Shown here one piece after another: positions 1-16,486 of a stretch of 64,000 nucleotides of DNA. Position 1 is the first letter of the stretch; every line of letters starts with the position of its first letter. Under the pieces are notes generated by a model that was not told where the DNA came from, made no database searches, and worked only from the letters and a program-made list of their open reading frames with translations. Both the position numbers and the translations under genes were made by a program. The stretch spans positions 113,708,001 to 113,772,000 of the forward strand of contig OZ024744.1 of NCBI GenBank assembly GCA_964016885.1, read 5' to 3'. This DNA comes from Eledone cirrhosa (taxonomy: Eukaryota).

Positions 1-3000
1 AGTAACAACACTGTCATCACCATCAACAGTAACAACATTGTCATCACCATCAACAACACTGTCATCACCATCAACAGTAGTAACATTGTCATCACCATCA
101 ACAGTAATGACATTCTCATCACCATCAACAGTAGTAACACTGTCATCACCATCAACAGTAACAACATTGTCATCACCATCAACAGTAGTAACATTGTCAT
201 CACCATCAACAGTAACAACACTGTCATCACCATCAACAGTAACAACATTGTCATCACCATCAACAGTAGTAACATTGTCATCACCATCAACAGTAACAAC
301 ACTGTCATCACCATCAACAGTAACAACATTGTCATCACCATCAACAACACTGTCATCACCATCAACAGTAGTAACATTGTCATCACCATCAACAGTAGTA
401 ACATTGTCATCACCATCAACAGTAACAACACTGTCATCACCATCAACAGTAACAACATTGTCATCACCATCAACAGTAGTAACATTGTCATCACCATCAA
501 CAGTAACAACACTGTCATCACCATCAACAGTAACAACATTGTCATCACCATCAACAACACTGTCATCACCATCAACAGTAGTAACATTGTCATCACCATC
601 AACAGTAATAACATTGTCATCACCATCAACAGTAGTAACACTGTCATCACCATCAACAGTAACAACATTGTCATCACCATCAACAGTAGTAACATTGTCA
701 TCACCATCAACAGTAACAACATTGTCATCACCATCAACAGTAACAACACTGTCATCACCATCAACAGTAACAACACTGTCATCATAGTCAACCGTAACAA
801 CATTCTCATCACCATCAACCGTAACAACATTCTCATCACCATTAACAGTAACAACATTGTCATCACCATCAACAGTAACAACATTGTCATCACCATCAAC
901 AGTAACAACACTGTCATCACCATCAACAGTAACATTGTGATCACCATCAACAGTAGTAACATTGTCATCACCATCAACAGTAACAACACTGTCATCACCA
1001 TCAACAGTAACAACATTGTCATCACCATCAACAGTAGTAACATTGTCATCACCATCAACAGTACTAACATTGTCATCACCATCAACAGTAACAACACTGT
1101 CATCACCATCAACAGTAACAACATTGTCATCACCATCAACAGTAACAACACTGTCATCACCATCAACAGTAACAACACTGTCATCACCATCAACCGTAAC
1201 AACATTGTCATCACCATCAACAGTAACAACACTGTCATCACCATCAACAGTAACAACATTGTCATCACCATGAACAACACTGTCATCACCATCAACAGTA
1301 GTAACATTGTCATCACCATCAACAGTAGTAACACTGTCATCACCATCAACAGTAACAACATTGTCATCACCATCAACAGTAGTAACATTGTCATCACCAT
1401 CAACAGTAACAACACTGTCATCACCATCAACAGTAACAACATTGTCATCACCATCAACAGTAGTAACATTGTCATGAACATCAACAGTAATAACATTGTC
1501 ATCACCATCAACAGTAGTAACATTGTCATCACCATCAACAGTAACAACACTGTCATCACCATCAACAGTAACAACATTGTCATCACCATCAACAACACTG
1601 TCATCACCATCAACAGTAGTAACATTGTCATCACCATCAACAGTAATAACATTGTCATCACCATCAACAGTAGTAACACTGTCATCACCATCAACAGTAA
1701 CAACATTGTCATCACCATCAACAGTAACAACACTGTCATCACCATCAACAGTAACAACACTCATCACATTCAACCGTAACAACATTCTCATCACCATCAA
1801 CCGTAACAACATTCTCATCACCATTAACAGTAACAACATTGTCATCACCATCAACAGTAACAACATTCTCATCACCATCAACAGTAACAACACTGTCATC
1901 ACCATCAACAGTAACAATATTGTCATCACCATCAACAGTAACATTGTGATCACCATCAACAGTAGTAACATTGTCATCACCATCAACAGTAACAACACAG
2001 TCATCACCATCAACAGTAACAACATTGTCATCACCATCAACAGTAGTAACATTGTCATCACCATCAACAGTACTAACATTGTCATCACCATCAACAGTAA
2101 CAACACTGTCATCACCATCAACAGTAACAACACTGTCATCACCATCAACCGTAACAACATTGTCATCACCACCAACAACACTGTCATCACCATCAGCAGT
2201 AGTAACATTGTCATCACCATCAACAGTAGTAACACTGTCATCACCATCAACAATAACAACATTGTCATCACCATCAACAGTAACAACACTGTCATTGCCA
2301 TCAACAGTAACTGTATTGTCATCACCATCAACAGTAACATTGTCATCACCATCAACAGTAGTAACATTTTCATCACCATCAACAGTAACAACACTGTCAT
2401 CACCATCAACAGTAACAACATTTTCATCACCATCAACAATAGTAACATTGCCATCACCATCAACAGTAATAACATTGTCATCACCATCAACAGTAGTAAC
2501 ATTGTCATCACCATCAACAGTAACAACACTGTCATCACCATCAACAGTAACAACATTGTCATCACCATCAACAACACTGTCATCACCATCAACAGTAGTA
2601 ACATTGTCATCACCATCAACACTAATGACATTCTCATCACCATCAACAGTAGTAACACTGTCATCACCATCAACAGTAACAACATTGTCATCACCATCAA
2701 CAGTAGTAACATTGTCATCACCATCAACAGTAACAACACTGTCATCACCATCAACAGTAACAACATTGTCATCACCATCAACAGTAGTAACATTGTCATC
2801 ACCATCAACAGTAACAACACTGTCATCACCATCAACAGTAACAACATTGTCATCACCATCAACAACACTGTCATCACCATCAACAGTAGTAACATTGTCA
2901 TCACCATCAACAGTAGTAACATTGTCATCACCATCAACAGTAACAACACTGTCATCACCATCAACAGTAACAACATTGTCATCACCATCAACAGTAGTAA

Positions 3001-3720
3001 CATTGTCATCACCATCAACAGTAACAACACTGTCATCACCATCAACAGTAACAACATTGTCATCACCATCAACAACACTGTCATCACCATCAACAGTAGT
3101 AACATTGTCATCACCATCAACAGTAATAACATTGTCATCACCATCAACAGTAGTAACACTGTCATCACCATCAACAGTAACAACATTGTCATCACCATCA
3201 ACAGTAGTAACATTGTCATCACCATCAACAGTAACAACATTGTCATCACCATCAACAGTAACAACACTGTCATCACCATCAACAGTAACAACACTGACAT
3301 CATATTCAACCGTAACAACATTCTCATCACCATTAACAGTAACAACATTGTCATCACCATCAACAGTAACAACATTGTCATCACCATCAACAGTAACAAC
3401 ACTGTCATCACCATCAACAGTAACATTGTGATCACCATCAACAGTAGTAACATTGTCATCACCATCAACAGTAACAACACTGTCATCACCATCAACAGTA
3501 ACAACATTGTCATCACCATCAACAGTAGTAACATTGTCATCACCATCAACAGTACTAACATTGTCATCACCATCAACAGTAACAACACTGTCATCACCAT
3601 CAACAGTAACAACATTGTCATCACCATCAACAGTAACAACACTGTCATCACCATCAACAGTAACAACACTGTCATCACCATCAACCGTAACAACATTGTC
3701 ATCACCATCAACAGTAACAA
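1..3720. repeat. Higher-order duplication, offset 2518/2491 bp (~1-1250 repeated at ~2520-3720)
   Basis: Rare TAATGACATTCTC monomer at ~103 and ~2621 (2518 apart); TTGTGATC at 935/3426 and AGTACT at 1060/3551 (2491 apart, after loss of one monomer). Confidence 0.8.
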
Positions 3721-6700
3721 CATTGTCATCACCATCAACAGTAACAACATTCTCATCACCATCAACAGTAACAACATTGTCATCACCATCAACAGTAGTA
3801 ACATTGTCATCACCATCAACAGTATTAACAATGTCATCACCATCAACAGTGACAACATTGTCATCACCATCAACAGTAGTAACATTATCATCACCATCAA
3901 CAGTAGTAACACTGTCATCACCATCAACAGTAACAACACTGTCATCACCATCAACAGTAGTAACATTGTCATCACCATCAACAGTAACAACACTGTCATC
4001 ACCATCAACAGTAGTAACATTGTCATCACCATCAACAGTAACAACACTGTCATCACCATCAACAGTAGTAACATTGTCATCACCATCAACAGTAACAACA
4101 CTGTCATCACCATCAACAGTAGTAACATTGTCATCACCATCAACAGTAGTAACATTGTCATCACCATCAACAGTAGTAACATTGTCATCACCATCAACAG
4201 TAACAACACTGTCATCACCATCAACCGTAAAACATTGTCATCACCATCAACAGTAACAACATTGTCATCACCATCAACAGTAACAACATTGTCATCACCA
4301 TCAACAGTAACAACATTCTCATCACCATCAACAGTAACAACACTGTCATCACCATCAACAGTAGTAACATTGTCATCACCATCAACAGTACCAACATTGT
4401 CATCACCATCAACAGTAACAACACTGTCATCACCACCGACAATAGTAACACTGTCATCACCATCAACAGTAACAACATTGTCATCACCATCAACAGTACT
4501 AACATTGTCATCACCATCAACAGTAGTAACACTGCCATCACCATTAACAACATTGTCATCACCATCAACAACATTGTCATCACCATCAACAGTAACAACA
4601 TTGTCATCACCATCAACAGTAGTAACAATGTCATCACCATCAACAGTAACAACATTGTCATCACTATCAACAGTAGTAACATTGTCATCACCATCAACAG
4701 TAACAACACTGTCATCACCATCAACAGTAACAACACTGTCATCACCATCAACAGTAACAACACTGTCATCACCATCAACAGTAGTACCATTGTCATCACC
4801 ATCAACAGTAGTAACATTGTCATCACCATCAACAGTAGCAACATTGTCATCACCATCAACAGTAACAACACTGTTATCACCATCAACAGTAACAACATTG
4901 TCATCACCATCAACAGTAGTAACAATGTCATCACCATCAACAGTAGTAACATTGTCATCACCATCAACAGTAATAACATTGTCATCACCATCAACACTAA
5001 CAACACTGTAATCACCATCAACAGTAACAACATTGTCATCACCATCAACAACATTGTCATCACCATCAACAGTCACAACATTGTCATCACCATCAACAGT
5101 AACAACATTGTCATCACCATCAACAGTAACAACACTGTCACCACCATCAAAGTAACATTGTCATCACCATCAACAGTAACAACACTGTCATCACCATCAA
5201 CAGTAGTAACACTGTCATCAACATAAAAAGTAGTAACATTGTCATCACCATCAACAGTAACAACATTGTCATCACCATCAACAGTAACAACATTGTCATC
5301 ACCATTAACAGTAACAACATTGTCATCACCATCAACAGTACCAACATTGTCATCACCATCAACAGTAACAACATTGTCATCACCATCAACAGTAACAACA
5401 TTGTCATCACAATCGACAGTAGTAACATTGTCATCACCATCAACAGTAGTAACATTGTCATCACCATCAACAGTAACAACATTGTCATCACCATCAACAG
5501 TAACAACATTGTCATCACCATCAACAGTAACAACATTGTCATCACCATCAACAGTAACAACATTGTCATCACCATCAACAGTAACAACATTGTCATCACC
5601 ATCAACAGTAACAACATTGTCATCACCATCAACAGTAGTAACATTGTCATCACCATCAACAGTATTAACAATGTCATCACCATCAACAGTAACAACATTG
5701 TCATCACCATCAACAGTAGTAACATTATCATCACCATCAACAGTAGTAACATTGTCATCACCATCAACAGTAACAACACTGTCATCACCATCAACATTAG
5801 TAACATTGTCATCACCATCAACAGTAGTAACAACAGTGTCATCACCATCAACAGTAACAACAGTGTCATCACCATCAACAGTAACAACATTGTCATCACC
5901 ATTAACAGTAACAACATTGTCATCACCATCAACAGTAGTAACATTATCATCACCATCAACAGTAACAACATTGTCATCACCATCAACAGTACGAACATTG
6001 TCATCACCATCAACAGTAACAACATTGTCAACACCATCAACAGTAACAACATTGTCATCACCATCAACAGTAGTAACATTGTCATCACCATCAACAGTAG
6101 TAACATTGTCATCACCATCAACAGTAACAACATTGTCATCACCTTCAACAGTAACAACATTGTCATCACCATCAACAGTAACAACATTGTCATCACCATC
6201 AACAGTAGTAACATTGTCATAACCATCAACAGTAGTAACATTGTCATCACCATCAACAGTAACAACATTGTCATCACCATCAACAGTAGTAACATTGTCA
6301 TCAGCATCAACAGTAGTAACACCGTCATCACCATCAACAGTAACAACACTGTCATCACCATCAACCGTAACAACATTGTCATCACCATCAACAGTAACAA
6401 CACTGTCATCACTATCAACAGCAGTAACACTATCATCACCATCAACAGTAGTAACATTGTCATCATCATCAACAGTACTAACATTGTCATCACCATCAAC
6501 AGTAACAACACTGTCATCACCATCAACAGTAACAACATTGTCATCACCATCAACAGTAACAACATTGTCATCACCATCAACGGTAACAACATTGTCATCA
6601 ACATCAACAGTAGTAACCTTGTCATCACCATCAACAGTAGTAACATTGTCATCACCATCAACAGTAATAACAGTCATCACCATCAACAGTAACAACATTG

Positions 6701-9700
6701 TCATCACCATCAACAGTAACAACATTGTCATCACCATCAACAGTAACAACATTGTCATCACCATCAACAGTAACAACACTGTCATCACCATCAACAATAA
6801 CAACATTGTCATCACCATCAACAGTAACAATATTGTCATCACCATCAACAGTAATAACATTGTCATCACCATCAACAGTAACAACATTGTCAACACCATC
6901 AACAGTAGTAACATTGTGTTAACCATCAACAGTAACAACATTGTCATCACCATCAACACTGTCATCACCATCAACAGTAGTAACATTGTCATCACCATCA
7001 ACAGTAACAACACTGTCATCACCATCAACAGTAACAACATTGTCATCACCATCAACAACACTGTCATCACCATCAACAGTAGTAACATTGTCATCACCAT
7101 CAACAGTAATAACATTGTCATCACCATCAACAGTAGTAACACTGTCATCACCATCAACAGTAACAACATTGTCATCACCATCAACAGTAGTAACATTATC
7201 ATCACCATCAACAGTAATAACATTGTCATCACCATCAACAGTAGTAACATTGTCATCACCATCAACAGTAACAACACTCATCACCATCAACAGTAACAAC
7301 ATTGTCATCACCATCAACAGTAGTAACATTGTCATGACCATCAACAGTAATAACATTGTCATCACCATCAACAGTAGTAACATTGTCATCACCATCAACA
7401 GTAACAACACTGTCATCACCATCAACAGTAACAACATTGTCATCACCATCAACAACACTGTCATCACCATCAACAGTAACAACATTGTCATCACCATCAA
7501 CAGTAGTAACATTGTCATCACCATCAACAGTAACAACATTGTCATCACCATCAACAGTAACAACACTGTCATCACCATCAACAGTAACAACACTCATCAC
7601 ATTCAACCGTAACAACATTCTCATCACCATCAACCGTAACAACATTCTCATCACCATTAACAGTAACAACATTGTCATCACCATCAACAGTAACAACATT
7701 GTCATCACCATCAACAGTAACAACACTGTCATCACCATCAACAGTAACAACATTGTCATCACCATCAACAGTAGTAACATTGTCATCACCATCAACAGTA
7801 CTAACATTGTCATCACCATCAACAGTAACAACACTGTCATCACCATCAACAGTAACAACATTGTCATCACCATCAACAGTAACAACACTGTCATCACCAT
7901 CAACAGTAACAACACTGTCATCACCATCAACCGTAACAACATTGTCATCACCATCAACAGTAACAACATTGTCATCACCATCAACAGTAACAACATTCTC
8001 ATCACCATCAACAGTAACAACATTGTCATCACCATCAACAGTAGTAACATTGTCATCACCATCAACAGTATTAACAATGTCATCACCATCAACAGTGACA
8101 ACATTGTCATCACCATCAACAGTAGTAACATTATCATCACCATCAACAGTAGTAACACTGTCATCACCATCAACAGTAACAACACTGTCATCACCATCAA
8201 CAGTAGTAACATTGTCATCACCATCAACAGTAACAACACTGTCATCACCATCAACAGTAGTAACATTGTCATCACCATCAACAGTAACAACACTGTCATC
8301 ACCATCAACAGTAGTAACATTGTCATCACCATCAACAGTAACAACACTGTCATCACCATCAACAGTAGTAACATTGTCATCACCATCAACAGTAGTAACA
8401 TTGTCATCACCATCAACAGTAGTAACATTGTCATCACCATCAACAGTAACAACACTGTCATCACCATCAACCGTAAAACATTGTCATCACCATCAACAGT
8501 AACAACATTGTCATCACCATCAACAGTAACAACATTGTCATCACCATCAACAGTAACAACATTGTCATCACCATCAACAGTAACAACACTGTCATCACCA
8601 TCAACAGTAGTAACATTGTCATCACCATCAACAGTACCAACATTGTCATCACCATCAACAGTAACAACACTGTCATCACCACCGACAATAGTAACACTGT
8701 CATCACCATCAACAGTAACAACATTGTCATCACCATCAACAGTACTAACATTGTCATCACCATCAACAGTAGTAACACTGCCATCACCATTAACAACATT
8801 GTCATCACCATCAACAACATTGTCATCACCATCAACAGTAACAACATTGTCATCACCATCAACAGTAGTAACAATGTCATCACCATCAACAGTAACAACA
8901 TTGTCATCACTATCAACAGTAGTAACATTGTCATCACCATCAACAGTAACAACACTGTCATCACCATCAACAGTAACAACACTGTCATCACCATCAACAG
9001 TAACAACACTGTCATCACTATCAACAGTAACAACATTGTCATCACCATCAACAGTAACAATATTGTCATCACCATCAACAGTAACATTGTCATCACCATC
9101 AACAGTAGTAACACTGTCATCACCATCAACAGTAACAACATTGGCATCACCATCAACAATAGTAACACTGTCATCACCATCAACAGTAACAACATTGTCA
9201 TCACCATCAACAGTAATAACATTGTCATCACCATCAACACTAACAACACTGTAATCACCATCAACAGTAACAACATTGTCATCACCATCAACAACATTGT
9301 CATCACCATCAACAGTCACAACATTGTCATCACCATCAACAGTAACAACATTGTCATCACCATCAACAGTAACAACACTGTCACCACCATCAAAGTAACA
9401 TTGTCATCACCATCAACAGTAACAACACTGTCATCACCATCAACAGTAGTAACACTGTCATCAACATAAAAAGTAGTAACATTGTCATCACCATCAACAG
9501 TAACAACATTGTCATCACCATCAACAGTAACAACATTGTCATCACCATTAACAGTAACAACATTGTCATCACCATCAACAGTACCAACATTGTCATCACC
9601 ATCAACAGTAACAACATTGTCATCACCATCAACAGTAACAACATTGTCATCACAATCGACAGTAGTAACATTGTCATCACCATCAACAGTAGTAACATTG

Positions 9701-11970
9701 TCATCACCATCAACAGTAACAACATTGTCATCACCATCAACAGTAACAACATTGTCATCACCATCAACAGTAACAACATTGTCATCACCATCAACAGTAA
9801 CAACATTGTCATCACCATCAACAGTAACAACATTGTCATCACCATCAACAGTAACAACATTGTCATCACCATCAACAGTAGTAACATTGTCATCACCATC
9901 AACAGTATTAACAATGTCATCACCATCAACAGTAACAACATTGTCATCACCATCAACAGTAGTAACATTATCATCACCATCAACAGTAGTAACATTGTCA
10001 TCACCATCAACAGTAACAACACTGTCATCACCATCAACATTAGTAACATTGTCATCACCATCAACAGTAACAACAGTGTCATCACCATCAACAGTAACAA
10101 CAGTGTCATCACCATCAACAGTAACAACATTGTCATCACCATTAACAGTAACAACATTGTCATCACCATCAACAGTAGTAACATTATCATCACCATCAAC
10201 AGTAACAACATTGTCATCACCATCAACAGTACGAACATTGTCATCACCATCAACAGTAACAACATTGTCAACACCATCAACAGTAACAACATTGTCATCA
10301 CCATCAACAGTAGTAACATTGTCATCACCATCAACAGTAGTAACATTGTCATCACCATCAACAGTAACAACATTGTCATCACCATCAACAGTAACAACAT
10401 TGTCATCACCATCAACAGTAACAACATTGTCATCACCATCAACAGTAGTAACATTGTCATAACCATCAACAGTAGTAACATTGTCATCACCATCAACAGT
10501 AACAACATTGTCATCACCATCAACAGTAGTAACATTGTCATCAGCATCAACAGTAGTAACACCGTCATCACCATCAACAGTAACAACACTGTCATCACCA
10601 TCAACCGTAACAACATTGTCATCACCATCAACAGTAACAACACTGTCATCACTATCAACAGCAGTAACACTATCATCACCATCAACAGTAGTAACATTGT
10701 CATCATCATCAACAGTACTAACATTGTCATCACCATCAACAGTAACAACACTGTCATCACCATCAACAGTAACAACATTGTCATCACCATCAACAGTAAC
10801 AACATTGTCATCACCATCAACGGTAACAACATTGTCATCAACATCAACAGTAGTAACCTTGTCATCACCATCAACAGTAGTAACATTGTCATCACCATCA
10901 ACAGTAATAACAGTCATCACCATCAACAGTAACAACATTGTCATCACCATCAACAGTAACAACATTGTCATCACCATCAACAGTAACAACATTGTCATCA
11001 CCATCAACAGTAACAACACTGTCATCACCATCAACAATAACAACATTGTCATCACCATCAACAGTAACAATATTGTCATCACCATCAACAGTAATAACAT
11101 TGTCATCACCATCAACAGTAACAACATTGTCAACACCATCAACAGTAGTAACATTGTGTTAACCATCAACAGTAACAACATTGTCATCACCATCAACACT
11201 GTCATCACCATCAACAGTAGTAACATTGTCATCACCATCAACAGTAACAACACTGTCATCACCATCAACAGTAACAACATTGTCATCACCATCAACAACA
11301 CTGTCATCACCATCAACAGTAGTAACATTGTCATCACCATCAACAGTAATAACATTGTCATCACCATCAACAGTAGTAACACTGTCATCACCATCAACAG
11401 TAACAACATTGTCATCACCATCAACAGTAGTAACATTATCATCACCATCAACAGTAATAACATTGTCATCACCATCAACAGTAGTAACATTGTCATCACC
11501 ATCAACAGTAACAACACTCATCACCATCAACAGTAACAACATTGTCATCACCATCAACAGTAGTAACATTGTCATGACCATCAACAGTAATAACATTGTC
11601 ATCACCATCAACAGTAGTAACATTGTCATCACCATCAACAGTAACAACACTGTCATCACCATCAACAGTAACAACATTGTCATCACCATCAACAACACTG
11701 TCATCACCATCAACAGTAACAACATTGTCATCACCATCAACAGTAGTAACATTGTCATCACCATCAACAGTAACAACATTGTCATCACCATCAACAGTAA
11801 CAACACTGTCATCACCATCAACAGTAACAACACTCATCACATTCAACCGTAACAACATTCTCATCACCATCAACCGTAACAACATTCTCATCACCATTAA
11901 CAGTAACAACATTGTCATCACCATCAACAGTAACAACATTGTCATCACCATCAACAGTAACAACACTGTC
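3450..11970. repeat. Tandem higher-order repeat, two copies of ~4.24 kb
   Basis: Markers ACCGTAAAAC at 4224/8470 (4246), ACATAAAAAG at 5221/9464 (4243), GTACGAAC at ~5991/10231 (4240); the ORF track repeats with the same offsets (6241..7296 vs 10481..11536). Confidence 0.92.
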
Positions 11971-14900
11971 ATCACCATCAACAGTAACAATATTGTCATC
12001 ACCATCAACAGTAACATTGTCATCACCATCAACAGTACTAACATTGTCATCACCATCAACAGTAACAACATTGTCATCACCATCAACAGTAGTAACATTG
12101 TCATCACCATCAGCAGTATTAACAATGTCATCAACATCAACAGTAACAACATTGTCATCACCATCAACAGTAGTAACATTATCATCACCATCAACAGTAG
12201 TAACACCGTCATCACCATCAACAGTAACAACACTGTCATCACCATCAACAGTAGTAACATTGTCATCACCATCAACAGTAACAACACTGTCATCACCATC
12301 AACAGTAGTAACATTGTCATCACCATCAACAGTAGTAACATTGTCATCACCATCAACAGTAACAACACTGTCATCACCATCAACATTAGTAACATTGTCA
12401 TCACCATCAACAGTAACAACAGTATCATCACCATCAACAGTAACAACATTGTCATCACCATCAACAGTAACAACACTGTCATCACCATCAACAGTAACAA
12501 CATTGTCATCACCATCAACCGTAACAACACTGTCATCACCATCAACAGTAACAACATTGTCATCACCATCAACAGTAACAACATTGTCATCACCATCAAC
12601 AGTAACAACATTGTCATCACCATCAACAGTAACAACATTGTCATCACCATCAACAGTAACAACATTCTCATCACCATCAACAGTAACAACATTGTCATCA
12701 CCATCAACAGTAGTAACATTGTCATCACCATCAGCAGTATTAACAATGTCATCAACATCAACAGTAACAACATTGTCATCACCATCAACAGTAGTAACAT
12801 TATCATCACCATCAACAGTAGTAACACTGTCATCACCATCAACAGTAACAACACTGTCATCACCATCAACAGTAGTAACATTGTCATCACCATCAACAGT
12901 AACAACACTGTCATCACCATCAACAGTAGTAACATTGTCATCACCATCAACAGTAGTAACATTGTCATCACCATCAACAGTAACAACACTGTCATCACCA
13001 TCAACATTAGTAACATTGTCATCACCATCAACAGTAACAACAGTATCATCACCATCAACAGTAACAACATTGTCATCACCATCAACAGTAACAACATTGT
13101 CATCACCATCAACAGTAACAACATTCTCATCACCATCAACAGTAACAACACTGTCACCACCATCAAAGTAACAACATTGTCATCACCATCAACAGTAACA
13201 ACACTGTCATCACCATCAACAGTAGTAACACTGTCATCAACATAAAAAGTAGTAACATTGTCATCACCATCAACAGTAACAACATTGTCATCACCATTAA
13301 CAGTAACAACATTGTCATCACCATCAACAGTAGTAACATTATCATCACCATCAACAGTAACAACATTGTCATCACCATCAACAGTACGAACATTGTCATC
13401 ACCATCAACAGTAACAACATTGTCAACACCATCAACAGTAACAACATTGTCATCACCATCAACAGTAGTAACATTGTCATCACCATCAACAGTAGTAACA
13501 TTGTCATCACCATCAACAGTAACAACATTGTCATCACCATCAACAGTAACAACATTGTCATCACCATCAACAGTAACAACATTGTCATCACCATCAACAG
13601 TAGTAACATTGTCATAACCATCAACAGTAGTAACATTGTCATCACCATCAACAGTAACAACATTGTCATCACCATCAACAGTAGTAACATTGTCATCAGC
13701 ATCAACAGTAGTAACACCGTCATCACCATCAACAGTAACAACACTGTCATCACCATCAACCGTAACAACATTGTCATCACCATCAACAGTAACAACACTG
13801 TCATCACTATCAACAGTAGTAACATTGTCATCATCATCAACAGTACTAACATTGTCATCACCATCAACAGTAACAACACTGTCATCACCATCAACAGTAA
13901 CAACATTGTCATCACCATCAACAGTAACAACATTGTCATCACCATCAACGGTAACAACATTGTCATCAACATCAACAGTAGTAACCTTGTCATCACCATC
14001 AACAGTAGTAACATTGTCATCACCATCAACAGTAATAACAGTCATCACCATCAACAGTAACAACATTGTCATCACCATCAACAGTAACAACATTGTCATC
14101 ACCATCAACAGTAACAACATTGTCATCACCATCAACAGTAACAACACTGTCATCACCATCAACAATAACAACATTGTCATCACCATCAACAGTAACAATA
14201 TTGTCATCACCATCAACAGTAATAACATTGTCATCACCATCAACAGTAACAACATTGTCAACACCATCAACAGTAGTAACATTGTGTTAACCATCAACAG
14301 TAACAACATTGTCATCACCATCAACACTGTCATCACCATCAACAGTAGTAACATTGTCATCACCATCAACAGTAACAACACTGTCATCACCATCAACAGT
14401 AACAACATTGTCATCACCATCAACAACACTGTCATCACCATCAACAGTAGTAACATTGTCATCACCATCAACAGTAATAACATTGTCATCACCATCAACA
14501 GTAGTAACACTGTCATCACCATCAACAGTAACAACATTGTCATCACCATCAACAGTAGTAACATTATCATCACCATCAACAGTAATAACATTGTCATCAC
14601 CATCAACAGTAACAACACTCATCACCATCAACAGTAACAACATTGTCATCACCATCAACAGTAGTAACATTGTCATGACCATCAACAGTAATAACATTGT
14701 CATCACCATCAACAGTAGTAACATTGTCATCACCATCAACAGTAACAACACTGTCATCACCATCAACAGTAACAACATTGTCATCACCATCAACAACACT
14801 GTCATCACCATCAACAGTAACAACATTGTCATCACCATCAACAGTAGTAACATTGTCATCACCATCAACAGTAACAACATTGTCATCACCATCAACAGTA

Positions 14901-16486
14901 ACAACACTGTCATCACCATCAACAGTAACAACACTCATCACATTCAACCGTAACAACATTCTCATCACCATCAACCGTAACAACATTCTCATCACCATTA
15001 ACAGTAACAACATTGTCATCACCATCAACAGTAACAACATTGTCATCACCATCAACAGTAACAACACTGTCATCACCATCAACAGTAACAATATTGTCAT
15101 CACCATCAACAGTAACATTGTCATCACCATCAACAGTACTAACATTGTCATCACCATCAACAGTAACAACATTGTCATCACCATCAACAGTAGTAACATT
15201 GTCATCACCATCAGCAGTATTAACAATGTCATCAACATCAACAGTAACAACATTGTCATCACCATCAACAGTAGTAACATTATCATCACCATCAACAGTA
15301 GTAACACTGTCATCACCATCAACAGTAACAACACTGTCATCACCATCAACAGTAGTAACATTGTCATCACCATCAACAGTAACAACACTGTCATCACCAT
15401 CAACAGTAGTAACATTGTCATCACCATCAACAGTAGTAACATTGTCATCACCATCAACAGTAACAACACTGTCATCACCATCAACATTAGTAACATTGTC
15501 ATCACCATCAACAGTAACAACAGTATCATCACCATCAACAGTAACAACATTGTCATCACCATCAACAGTAACAACACTGTCATCACCATCAACAGTAACA
15601 ACATTGTCATCACCATCAACCGTAACAACACTGTCATCACCATCAACAGTAACAACATTGTCATCACCATCAACAGTAACAACATTGTCATCACCATCAA
15701 CAGTAACAACATTGTCATCACCATCAACAGTAACAACATTGTCATCACCATCAACAGTAACAACATTCTCATCACCATCAACAGTAACAACATTGTCATC
15801 ACCATCAACAGTAGTAACATTGTCATCACCATCAGCAGTATTAACAATGTCATCAACATCAACAGTAACAACATTGTCATCACCATCAACAGTAGTAACA
15901 TTATCATCACCATCAACAGTAGTAACACTGTCATCACCATCAACAGTAACAACACTGTCATCACCATCAACAGTAGTAACATTGTCATCACCATCAACAG
16001 TAACAACACTGTCATCACCATCAACAGTAGTAACATTGTCATCACCATCAACAGTAGTAACATTGTCATCACCATCAACAGTAACAACACTGTCATCACC
16101 ATCAACATTAGTAACATTGTCATCACCATCAACAGTAACAACAGTATCATCACCATCAACAGTAACAACATTGTCATCACCATCAACAGTAACAACATTG
16201 TCATCACCATCAACAGTAACAACATTCTCATCACCATCAACAGTAACAACACTGTCACCACCATCAAAGTAACAACATTGTCATCACCATCAACAGTAAC
16301 AACACTGTCATCACCATCAACAGTAGTAACACTGTCATCAACATAAAAAGTAGTAACATTGTCATCACCATCAACAGTAACAACATTGTCATCACCATTA
16401 ACAGTAACAACATTGTCATCACCATCAACAGTAGTAACATTATCATCACCATCAACAGTAACAACATTGTCATCACCATCAACAGT
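10110..16486. repeat. Tandem higher-order repeat, two copies of ~3.1 kb (offset 3155, then 3128, then 3101)
   Basis: ORF pairs 10481/13636, 10938/14066 and 11596..13245/14697..16346; ACATAAAAAG at 13240/16341; the offset steps down by one 27-mer twice. Confidence 0.9.
12040..13080. repeat. Nested 621-bp (23-monomer) duplication, copied again at ~15140-16180
   Basis: CAGCAGTATTAACAATGTCATCAACATC at 12111/12732 and 15212/15833, each pair 621 bp apart. Confidence 0.85.

Noticed and set aside
4239-4256. Recurrent C-terminal motifs HHHQQ and CCYC
   Set aside because: These are the few codons read in the stop-containing frames after a frameshift, not metal-binding motifs.
1496-5011. Asn/Ile-rich protein (ITINSNNIV repeats)
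   Set aside because: Openness is expected because ANY codons are at least two substitutions from a stop; the ORF is a chimera of frames.
5221-5230. ACATAAAAAG as a TATA box or polyadenylation signal
   Set aside because: It is a substituted monomer propagated by duplication, not AATAAA or TATAAA, and has no gene context.
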